From an uncultured Clostridia bacterium (GTDB lineage Bacteria > Acidobacteriota > Blastocatellia > UBA7656), in NCBI GenBank assembly GCA_964468725.1, contig CAYXVU010000004.1, forward strand, positions 2,137-66,136: a stretch of 64,000 nt of DNA, in the 5' to 3' direction. Below are positions 48,846-56,790 of this stretch, in pieces; the stretch's first letter is position 1; every line of letters begins with the position of its first letter. A program made the position numbers and the translations under genes. The notes beneath the pieces were generated by a model. The model saw nothing but the letters and a program-made list of their open reading frames with translations. It ran no database searches and had not been told where the DNA came from.

Positions 48846-50108
48846 TCATATTGAGGGCATCAAGGTCACGACCGTTTGTTGCGTGTCGAGGAAATACTGC
48901 GCCGCAATCGTTTGAATATCCTCCGGCGTGACCTCAGCATATCTATCGTAGAGCCGATTGAGCGTCTCCGGCGTGCGTCGCAATCCAATGTAGGGAGCCA
49001 GCGCACCGGCAATCGCTTCCGAATTATCCAGACTCAAAGCAAAACTGTACTTCAGGTGCGCTTTTACATCTTCCAGCCGTTGACTCGCCGGAGCTTTACC
49101 TCTGAACCCGTCGAACATTTCGATGATCGCGTCGCGCACATAATTGAGTGACGCAGCCTCCTTGCATCGGGCAACGACGATGAGCAGATAGGGATCGAGA
49201 TAGCTCTCGAAGGAATAAAACAGAGCGTCTACCTTCTGCTCTTTGATAACCAATCGCTGATACAGATCCGAATTTTCCGAAAACCCCAGATTGCCGATGA
49301 GTTCCAACGCCGCGCTATCCTTGCGGTCGTCGGTATAAGCTGCCCCTTTGTATGCGACAACCACCCACGGAAGGGTATTGCCCGGCCAATCAATGTGCGC
49401 CTGACGGGCGGCTAATTGCGGCGGTTCTGAGGGTATCACCGGCACATATCTGCCCGGCGACCAGCCTCCCCAATAATCCTCTACGAGAGTTCTTACCGCT
49501 TCGCGTTGGATATCGCCAACGACGGCCAGAGTCGTGTACTCCGGGCGATAGTAACGATGGAAAAACTCTATCGAATAATCATAGAGGTTCGGCATGTTTT
49601 CGATGTCTTCGACAAAGCCCATCGTCGTGTGCTTGTAGGTGTGCGATTGAAAGGCGGTGTCGCGCAGCACTTCAACGAGTTTATTGAGCGGATTCGCATA
49701 GTTTTTATTGTATTCACCCAATACCGCTTTGGTTTCGGTCTTGAATAACTCGATGGGAACTTTAAGATTTTGAAAGCGGTCGGCTTCGAGTTGAAGAATC
49801 GTTTCGAAATCCTCTTTAGAAAAGATTGAATGATAGACGGTGCGATCATCAGTCGTATAGGCATTTCGGTCTGCGCCCGCTCGTTTCATAATTTCGTCAT
49901 AGGCTTCAGTCGAATACTGTTCGGTTCCGCGAAACATCAGATGCTCAAACAGATGGGCAAAGCCCGATTTCCCCGGCTCAATCTCATTGCGTGATCCGGT
50001 TTGCACAACGATATAGAGAGCAACTAGATTCGGGAAATCCGTCGGCACAGTGATGAGGCGCAATTGGTTGGATAAGTCATCAATTGCATATGCGTAAGGG
50101 AAAATCAT
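48846..50108 (-). CDS. M16 zinc peptidase, catalytic subunit
   Basis: GFAHLFEHLMF (HxxEH), NAYTT and VLGEY. Start at MIFPY (50108); no signal peptide. Confidence 0.92.
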   Translation of the reverse strand: MIFPYAYAIDDLSNQLRLITVPTDFPNLVALYIVVQTGSRNEIEPGKSGFAHLFEHLMFRGTEQYSTEAYDEIMKRAGADRNAYTTDDRTVYHSIFSKEDFETILQLEADRFQNLKVPIELFKTETKAVLGEYNKNYANPLNKLVEVLRDTAFQSHTYKHTTMGFVEDIENMPNLYDYSIEFFHRYYRPEYTTLAVVGDIQREAVRTLVEDYWGGWSPGRYVPVIPSEPPQLAARQAHIDWPGNTLPWVVVAYKGAAYTDDRKDSAALELIGNLGFSENSDLYQRLVIKEQKVDALFYSFESYLDPYLLIVVARCKEAASLNYVRDAIIEMFDGFRGKAPASQRLEDVKAHLKYSFALSLDNSEAIAGALAPYIGLRRTPETLNRLYDRYAEVTPEDIQTIAAQYFLDTQQTVVTLMPSI

Positions 50109-50334
50109 CTTAGCGTTCGCCTTCCTTTTAACCCGAAACCATACTAGCACAAGGCGAATCATCGCCAAAAAGTAACTCTCTGCTAACAAGGCTCAGACAG
50201 AAATGAATCTCAATGAATGGTCGGATCGCCGAAACGTAATCCTCATTGTGCCTCTTCATCAACCGGCATTCAGGCGTGTCTATCCTCTCAGCCTTATTAC
50301 AATCCATATGCAAATCGTTATTCTCAAACTTGGA

Positions 50335-51057
50335 TTACCGAGCAACCATGATCAATACCATCACGATGACCAGAATCGGCAAAGCGATGAGGGAAATAAA
50401 AACCGGCAACGCAGCGCGATGAGCAAAATTCAAGGTGTACCCCAATCCGATGAGTTTTTCGACCCACAGGCGCGGGTCTTCCGGGTTGCTGTAAAACAGT
50501 CCATTCCACCCTTCTGCGCCCGTCAGCATTCCCGCACGCTTCAGGCGGCGAAACGCAAATAAGAGCCGCGCGATACCCAGACCGATGGCGGTAAAGATGA
50601 AGATAAAGGCTGTCACGACTGTGAAGGTCGGTTCATAGCGCGGATAGAGCGGCAATTTGACGGCCATCAATGCCATCAAAAGGGCAACCGCAATGCTCAT
50701 CATCCGCACAAACCCGACGGTCGCCTGCGCCAATAAGCCGAGCGCCTGCGGGGAGATTTTGAAGTCACGGCTGCGGCTGCGATGCGTTTTGACAAATTGC
50801 CCGATGCCTTCCAGAAATACACAAATCCCTCCCCCTAAGAGCAGGAAGCCAAAGACCCACAAGGGCGTCTTGCTCGCCCATCTGTCAGCCTCACCGCGTA
50901 CTCCCCAATGAACCGCCCATTGTTCAGGAATCCGGCTCCAAAAGACCAAGAGCACGGCGGCTGCCGCTAGTAAAATCAGATAAGGTACCCAACGCAGGGA
51001 ATGGAGGCTGGCTTGTTCCGGTTCGAGCGGCAATACGGAGTTGGTTGCTGTGCTCAT
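50335..51057 (-). CDS. DUF1648 + DUF5808 membrane protein (SdpI/YhfL-like)
   Basis: IPEQWAVHWG..GEAD.W..K (DUF1648) and FYSNPEDPRLWVEK..GLGYTLNF (DUF5808), with about 5 TM. AGGAG RBS before 51057. Confidence 0.85.
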   Translation of the reverse strand: MSTATNSVLPLEPEQASLHSLRWVPYLILLAAAAVLLVFWSRIPEQWAVHWGVRGEADRWASKTPLWVFGFLLLGGGICVFLEGIGQFVKTHRSRSRDFKISPQALGLLAQATVGFVRMMSIAVALLMALMAVKLPLYPRYEPTFTVVTAFIFIFTAIGLGIARLLFAFRRLKRAGMLTGAEGWNGLFYSNPEDPRLWVEKLIGLGYTLNFAHRAALPVFISLIALPILVIVMVLIMVAR

Positions 51058-51089
51058 TTTCAATTCTCCTCTTCGTCTTTCTGCTCTGC

Positions 51090-52280
51090 TCACTTCGCAG
51101 TGACGGGTGCGGGACGTGAGAGGGTTGGGGCTTCTGACGCGGTCAGCGAAAAATCAGGATTGCTCCTGCGTCGCCAGATAAATCCGTCCAGCACGTAATG
51201 GGTCAATTGCGGCAAAGCCAGCAAGGGCACAAGGAGAATTTTGAATGCTCCCACATGCCAGGCTTCCCCAAATAACCACTCGCGTTCCTGCCACACGCTG
51301 CGATCCCACAATAGCTCTTCGGTGTAAGCGAATGCCCATAAAATGAAAAGGAAGAATATCGGGCTGCGAGCAAACCAGCGATAGACGCGACCGCTCTCTG
51401 ACCTCTCCATCCGTCTGCGACCATACCAATAGATCAATGCCAGATAGGGAACGCCATGAATGACGACATTCGTTACCGTGAAGGCATAATCCGAATTGAA
51501 CGCCACAATGCCGACATACCAACAGACTGCTGTGGTCACCACGACAATATCTTTGCCAATATGAAACTGTCGCTTAACAACGGCGCGATACAGCGATTGA
51601 CCGGCATAGGCCAGCATCGTGCACCAATAGAGCGGCTCGGTGATCGTATGCAAAAAACCTGGCAGCCCAGCAAAGTCTCTCGGCAAAAACCACCAAAAGT
51701 TGCGCGGTAGATGGGTGTGCCAGTAGATCAGCGGATAGACAGTCGCCGCATAAATTGCCAGCGTATCAATCCACCAACTCAACCGCTCGCGGTCGCCCGC
51801 TTTCGCTCGATAGAGGGCTACCCAACCGTATTGCTGTCGCACAAAATGAAAGACGGCCAGATAAGCCAAAGAACGCCAAAAGACCAACTGCCCTTCGGAG
51901 TACAATGCCACGCCGAAGACGTAGCCGAGCACGGGTACAAGTCCATACAACCAGGGTCGTCGCCGGAGTTCAGCCCTATCGAAATAGACGCGGAAACCGG
52001 TCGAATAGACGTGCGCGACATCAATCAACAAAATGGCCGGAATCCATGCCCAATCCGGTGTGTCGTCGTAAAGGACGCCTGTCCCTGCACCAATCCACAA
52101 GGCCAACAACGATACAACTGCGCTCCCTAAAAAGACCGACAGGTCAATGGGTCGTGAAAAGAGCCAGACGGAGGAGTGACCGGCAATCGCAATAGAGCCG
52201 TCGTCGGGTTCGGCGGGCAATGGCGGCGCGATGCCACGCGCCGTTTTTGAAGTCAGGTTTTGACCAACCGCTTGGCTCAT
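51090..52280 (-). CDS. Polytopic membrane protein with four His motifs, putative metal-dependent membrane enzyme
   Basis: About 8 TM segments with DVAHVYST, FHFVRQQYG, IHGVPY and THYVLDGFIW. It starts 8 nt after the flavoprotein stop. Confidence 0.75.
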   Translation of the reverse strand: MSQAVGQNLTSKTARGIAPPLPAEPDDGSIAIAGHSSVWLFSRPIDLSVFLGSAVVSLLALWIGAGTGVLYDDTPDWAWIPAILLIDVAHVYSTGFRVYFDRAELRRRPWLYGLVPVLGYVFGVALYSEGQLVFWRSLAYLAVFHFVRQQYGWVALYRAKAGDRERLSWWIDTLAIYAATVYPLIYWHTHLPRNFWWFLPRDFAGLPGFLHTITEPLYWCTMLAYAGQSLYRAVVKRQFHIGKDIVVVTTAVCWYVGIVAFNSDYAFTVTNVVIHGVPYLALIYWYGRRRMERSESGRVYRWFARSPIFFLFILWAFAYTEELLWDRSVWQEREWLFGEAWHVGAFKILLVPLLALPQLTHYVLDGFIWRRRSNPDFSLTASEAPTLSRPAPVTAK

Positions 52281-52288
52281 CTTTAGAT

Positions 52289-53923
52289 TTACCTTCTAAT
52301 CGTCCTTAGCACCTCATCAGCGACGCGCAACCCATGTGCGAAGGCTTCTTCGAATAGCGCGATGCCGCTTAAATCCGAATGGGCGAAATGAATCCCGCGA
52401 TAAGCGCGCGAGGCATCACGTCGTGCCGCGCTCCACATAAAACCGGGACGCGGTCGTATCATTGCATGCCCCCAACGCATCAGGTCTATGCGCTCTACCA
52501 AAGCGCGAATGCCCGGATGCGCGCGCTGCAAATCCGTGAGAATCACATCTGCCCAACTCTGCCAATCGGCTTCTAACAACCGTGTGCGCGCCTGTCTGGG
52601 GTCGTCATCACATAACGGGTAATAATAGGTGAAGATCGTCGCACCATAATCCAATCCTTTTTGGTGCGTCGCTACAACATAGCCGAGAGACGGGCTTTCA
52701 TATAGCACATTGTCCCAGGCCAGCGGATAGCCGCGACTGGCAGGCCGGTCTCGCAAAAATAGGTTGGCAACCATCCAGGCGCCGTATTGAAACTCCGAAA
52801 CATGAGGCGGCGTGCGCTCACGATAATCTCGAATCAAATACTGAGAGAGAAACTGCGGCGCTGCAAGAATCACTCTCTCCGCATGAAATCCGACCACCTT
52901 CTGCTGTTGATCGTCAAGCGCAATCAGATCAACCCCGCTTCGTCCGCCTGCTTGCGTCGGAATGATTTCGAGCGCCGCCAACCCGAGCCGCACATTCGTT
53001 TTGACTTGTTGGAACAGGTGCGCGACCAACCGCCCGTTGCCTTCCGGCCAGGTGATTAAGGGCTGTGCGTCTTCGCCCGTTTTCGCCACCCGTGAAGCGA
53101 AATAGAAGATGCCCGCCCAGGCGCTGGTCTGCTCAACCGTCAATCCGTAATCGTCGCGACAACCGTAATCCACCAACCAACGCAACCGAGGTGAGGTGAA
53201 CCCCCTTTGATTCATCCACTCGGCCATCGAGAGTCTGTCGAGCGCCGTCAGTTCCGCATCATCCGAACTCGTTTCGATGGGAATAGAAAAGGCGCGCCGT
53301 CCGCGTCCGTCCCGCCAGCGAATCCAATGGTCAATCTCTCGATTGAAGGCTTCGAATTGGGCAAGATCGTCGGCACTTGCGCCAACTCGCAAATACAGGC
53401 CTTCGTACCAACGCCCGCGATAAAAGACCCGCTCTTCAGGATAGCGACATAGAAATTGCTCTTTAACGATTGGCTCCCCTTCCGACGTGCGGCCTTCGAG
53501 GATACTCATTTCATCCAGCAAACGAACCAAAGCAACATTCTCTTTCATTGGAGCAGGCAGGTAATGCGCGCCCCAGGGATAGGGAACAAGAGGAGAGGTT
53601 CCGCTGCGCGCCGTGCCTCCCGGCGCGCGTTCCAATTCGAGCACCGCAAAATCATGAAACCCGTTTTTTGTCAGATGCCATGCGGCAGTCAATCCGGCGA
53701 CTCCGCCGCCAACGATGACGACCTTTTTTTGTTCCCAACTGTCTGATGAGGGGGTGAGCGTTAAGCCTTCGCGCAGGCGATGGCCAAGCGCATCGGATGC
53801 GCCGACGATTTCACCATCGGGGTAGCTGATCGTTTCGGAGGTACTGCAAGCTGCCAGCGCTACAGGCAAACCGAGGAAGGTCGCCAGCAGGTCGCGTCTT
53901 GTATAGCGATTTGCCATCAGCAT
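52289..53923 (-). CDS. Tat-lipoprotein FAD-dependent oxidoreductase (flavin amine oxidase / protoporphyrinogen oxidase superfamily)
   Basis: TRRDLL leader followed by lipobox LAAC, and GGGVAGL, GGTARS, WGAHY and WGHAM motifs. Confidence 0.87.
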   Translation of the reverse strand: MLMANRYTRRDLLATFLGLPVALAACSTSETISYPDGEIVGASDALGHRLREGLTLTPSSDSWEQKKVVIVGGGVAGLTAAWHLTKNGFHDFAVLELERAPGGTARSGTSPLVPYPWGAHYLPAPMKENVALVRLLDEMSILEGRTSEGEPIVKEQFLCRYPEERVFYRGRWYEGLYLRVGASADDLAQFEAFNREIDHWIRWRDGRGRRAFSIPIETSSDDAELTALDRLSMAEWMNQRGFTSPRLRWLVDYGCRDDYGLTVEQTSAWAGIFYFASRVAKTGEDAQPLITWPEGNGRLVAHLFQQVKTNVRLGLAALEIIPTQAGGRSGVDLIALDDQQQKVVGFHAERVILAAPQFLSQYLIRDYRERTPPHVSEFQYGAWMVANLFLRDRPASRGYPLAWDNVLYESPSLGYVVATHQKGLDYGATIFTYYYPLCDDDPRQARTRLLEADWQSWADVILTDLQRAHPGIRALVERIDLMRWGHAMIRPRPGFMWSAARRDASRAYRGIHFAHSDLSGIALFEEAFAHGLRVADEVLRTIRR

Positions 53924-53930
53924 TCATCAA

Positions 53931-53997
53931 CTGCGAAAGACACGAACCTTCGATGACGGATATGCTGAAGAGGAATGATGATTCGTATCTTTCGCAG
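53931..53997. repeat. 16-bp inverted repeat (1 mismatch) filling the gap between the flavoprotein and triple-repeat genes
   Basis: CTGCGAAAGACACGAA (53931-53946) and TTCGTATCTTTCGCAG (53982-53997), with a 35-nt spacer. Confidence 0.55.
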
Positions 53998-54007
53998 CCA
54001 GAACGGC

Positions 54008-54673
54008 CTATTTTCTTTCAACCGGTTTGCGGAGAATGCACACCACTTCATTGCCGCCGAATGCGGTATCGGACACCGTGACACCGACAAACTTGAATCC
54101 GTCATCCCCGGCCTGCGTGATCTCTTTCTGCATCGTCGAAGTCTTATTAGTCGCCAATAGCTTGTATTGCCAAGCTATAACGGGGGCATCTTTATCGCGT
54201 TCCAAAATGACGACCACCTCTTTGCCTCCGAATGTCGTAGAGAAGATGGTCTGACCTTTGTATTCGAAACCGGCATCGCCCGCCGCCTGTATCTCCTTCT
54301 GCATGGTCGAAGTCTTATTGGTTGCCAACAACTTGTACTCATATCGCGCCTTCACCGCTTCTTCAGAGTTACGCGACATAATGGTAACGACCTCTTGCCC
54401 ACCGAAAGCGGTGCTGCCTCCCATCACCCCTTCGAAGTGAAAGCCCGCATCGGCAGCTTGATTCATCTCTTTCTGCATGGTTGAAGTCTTGTTGGTAGCC
54501 AGCAACCTGTACTCAACTCGTGGATTGGCGTCTGTTCGCGCAGGCGGTTCGCTCGCAAGATGAGGGTTCGCGGATACGGTGTTGAGCAATTCGCCGCTGC
54601 TGTTGGTCTGACTGACATAGATGAGCAAAAGGCTCAATGTGCAGATTGAGCCGATCATAAAACGATTACGCAT
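54008..54673 (-). CDS. Exported protein with three tandem ~57-aa DUF4177-like repeats
   Basis: Signal peptide, then three copies of (E/Q)Y(R/K)[13 protein letters not shown]...A.D.GF...G......FGG.EVV.I. AAGGAG RBS before ATG 54673. Confidence 0.85.
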   Translation of the reverse strand: MRNRFMIGSICTLSLLLIYVSQTNSSGELLNTVSANPHLASEPPARTDANPRVEYRLLATNKTSTMQKEMNQAADAGFHFEGVMGGSTAFGGQEVVTIMSRNSEEAVKARYEYKLLATNKTSTMQKEIQAAGDAGFEYKGQTIFSTTFGGKEVVVILERDKDAPVIAWQYKLLATNKTSTMQKEITQAGDDGFKFVGVTVSDTAFGGNEVVCILRKPVERK

Positions 54674-54789
54674 AAACAACTCCTTTTTGCTTCGTCACCC
54701 CATCTGCTCTTGTAAATCACCAACCTCTTAATACGAATGCTTGTTTGATCTGAATCTTGCAGCGGCAACTCGATTAGCTTAAGCGCTGC

Positions 54790-56295
54790 CTATTCATAAC
54801 GTTTCCATTCCGATTCGTAGTAATTCACCAATGCCTGATTATCGAGGCGGTTGATTTCGACCTCCACCGGTCCGACATCGGAGGGCAATACGAACATCGC
54901 CGCAATGGTCTCTTGATTCAGAAACCGCAAACCGGCGGGCGGATTCTGTGGCACGTCGAAGGGATACAAGGCAGCCAATGCATACCCCCATACACCATTG
55001 AATGATGGCACAGCCGCTTGATAGGGTCGCACGGAAAACCCTGCGGCCTCCATCGTGCGAATAATGCACCAAAACGAGGTGCGCGCGAAAAAAGGTGATG
55101 TGCATTGCACGCTCACCGCCGCATTGGGTGCAAGCCGCGCCCGCAGCATTTGATAAAAGCGTCGTGTATACAATTTGCCGAGCGCAAAGGTGTTGGGGTC
55201 AGGAAAATCAATGATAGCCACATCATAAGGTTCGCTTGCTTCTTCGATCCAAATGAAAGCGTCTTGATGAATGATCTGCACGCGCGGGTCGGAAAAGGAT
55301 TGTTGATTCAGTTCGGCAAGCGGCGGGTATTGTTGCGGCAATTCGGTCATGCCAGGATCAAGATCAACCAGCGTGACCGATTCGACGGTCGGGTGTTTGA
55401 GGATTTCGCGGACGGCTAATCCATCGCCGCCTCCCATCACCAACACGCGGCGCGGCGCTTTCGCCAACAGCATCGCCGGATGGACGAGAGCTTCATGATA
55501 GCGATACTCATCCGCCGAACTGAATTGCAGATGGCCGTTTAGGTAAAGCTGAAAGCCTGCGCGCCCTTTGGTAACGACAATGCGTTGATAGGAAGTCGTG
55601 CGCGAATAGACGATTTGATCGGCAAACAGATCCTCTTCCGCAAGCGAGGTCAAACTGTTGGCCTTAATCACCCCAATCAAAAGCAACGCGATGACCATTA
55701 CACCGCGCACGCGCAACCCCGTGAGGTTGCCTTTGATGATGGGTTGCAGTAACCAAGTCGCCCACAACCCGACGATGGCATTGAGAATGCCGAAAATCAG
55801 CGACGTGCGAACTAGTCCGAGTTTAGGCACTAAGAAGAGGGGAAAGAGCAATGAGGCTATCAAGGCTCCGATGTAATCAAAGGTGAGCACGCGCGCGACT
55901 AAGGCTTTGAAGTCGAGTTGGTCTTTGAGGAGGCGCATCAACAGCGGAATCTCTAGCCCGACCAGCGTGCCGATCACCAGTACGACGCCATACAAGATGA
56001 TCTGAAAATAGCTGAGCCGCGCAAAGCTCAAAAACAACAGCGGTGCGGAGATGCCGCCAATGAGCGCCACAGCCAGTTCGACATCAACGAATTTGCGCGC
56101 CAAGCCTTTGTCAATAAATCCGGAGAGCCAAGCGCCGATGCCGAGCGCAAAAAGATAGATACCGATGATGAGAGAAAACTGCGTTACCGAATCGCCGAGC
56201 ACATAACTGGCCAGCGTCCCGGCGAGCAACTCGTACACTAAACCGCAGGTGGCGATGATGAGGACGTTGAGAAAGAGGATCGGCGTGCGATTCAT
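54790..56295 (-). CDS. speE: Membrane-anchored polyamine aminopropyltransferase (about 7 N-terminal TM plus SpeE domain)
   Basis: TM region (GLVYEL, QFSLIIG, GLEIPL, DYIGAL), then [28 protein letters not shown] and IIDFPDP. The ATG overlaps the DUF350 stop (TGATG). Confidence 0.9.
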   Translation of the reverse strand: MNRTPILFLNVLIIATCGLVYELLAGTLASYVLGDSVTQFSLIIGIYLFALGIGAWLSGFIDKGLARKFVDVELAVALIGGISAPLLFLSFARLSYFQIILYGVVLVIGTLVGLEIPLLMRLLKDQLDFKALVARVLTFDYIGALIASLLFPLFLVPKLGLVRTSLIFGILNAIVGLWATWLLQPIIKGNLTGLRVRGVMVIALLLIGVIKANSLTSLAEEDLFADQIVYSRTTSYQRIVVTKGRAGFQLYLNGHLQFSSADEYRYHEALVHPAMLLAKAPRRVLVMGGGDGLAVREILKHPTVESVTLVDLDPGMTELPQQYPPLAELNQQSFSDPRVQIIHQDAFIWIEEASEPYDVAIIDFPDPNTFALGKLYTRRFYQMLRARLAPNAAVSVQCTSPFFARTSFWCIIRTMEAAGFSVRPYQAAVPSFNGVWGYALAALYPFDVPQNPPAGLRFLNQETIAAMFVLPSDVGPVEVEINRLDNQALVNYYESEWKRYE

Positions 56296-56582
56296 CAACT
56301 CCCTTGCACCGCGGCTGCAACAATCAGGGCGATGCCAATAATCACCGAAGCGATGACAATCGCCAGTGCGGTATTGTGATCGTCTTCAATCTCTTTTCGA
56401 ATGGAGAAGGGGGTCACTTTCCCCATAATCCAAAACGCCAACGCAAAGAGGACCAAGCCGATCAGAGAAAAGATCAAGGTCGAAATGACGTAGTCGGTAA
56501 GCTGCGCCATCGGAACGAAGAGCGCGGCCAGATTGCGTTGCGGGGTGAACAACTCCGATGCGATTGCTATCATCGCCATCAT
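56295..56582 (-). CDS. DUF350 small membrane protein
   Basis: Two TM helices with [30 protein letters not shown] at 56582 overlaps the upstream TGA and is preceded by GGAGG. Confidence 0.85.
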   Translation of the reverse strand: MMAMIAIASELFTPQRNLAALFVPMAQLTDYVISTLIFSLIGLVLFALAFWIMGKVTPFSIRKEIEDDHNTALAIVIASVIIGIALIVAAAVQGS

Positions 56583-56758
56583 TTGCCTCCTCTGTAACCT
56601 GCATGCCAAAAATGAAATGAGCGGTATCCGCCGGGCGAATTGCGAACTTCGGGCGGAATGCGTTCGCGCGCCGTATCGCCGAACTCACGCCCCGTGTAGG
56701 CGACGAAGCCGTACAGCGCGATCAGAATAATGCCAAACCACAAATAGACTTTGCTCAT
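56579..56758 (-). CDS. Uncalled 59-aa single-TM micro-protein ending in ...[13 protein letters not shown]
   Basis: Manual translation: [59 protein letters not shown]. It fills the gap between DUF4178 and DUF350, has a purine-rich RBS, and its stop overlaps the DUF350 start (ATGA). Confidence 0.85.
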   Translation of the reverse strand: MSKVYLWFGIILIALYGFVAYTGREFGDTARERIPPEVRNSPGGYRSFHFWHAGYRGGK

Positions 56759-56790
56759 CGCTTGCTTCCCTTCTCAACGATTGGAAATGT

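Noticed and set aside
54008-54520. Three ~170-nt DNA repeats that could suggest a CRISPR-like array
   Set aside because: They are in-frame protein repeats with synonymous divergence, with no spacers and no cas genes.
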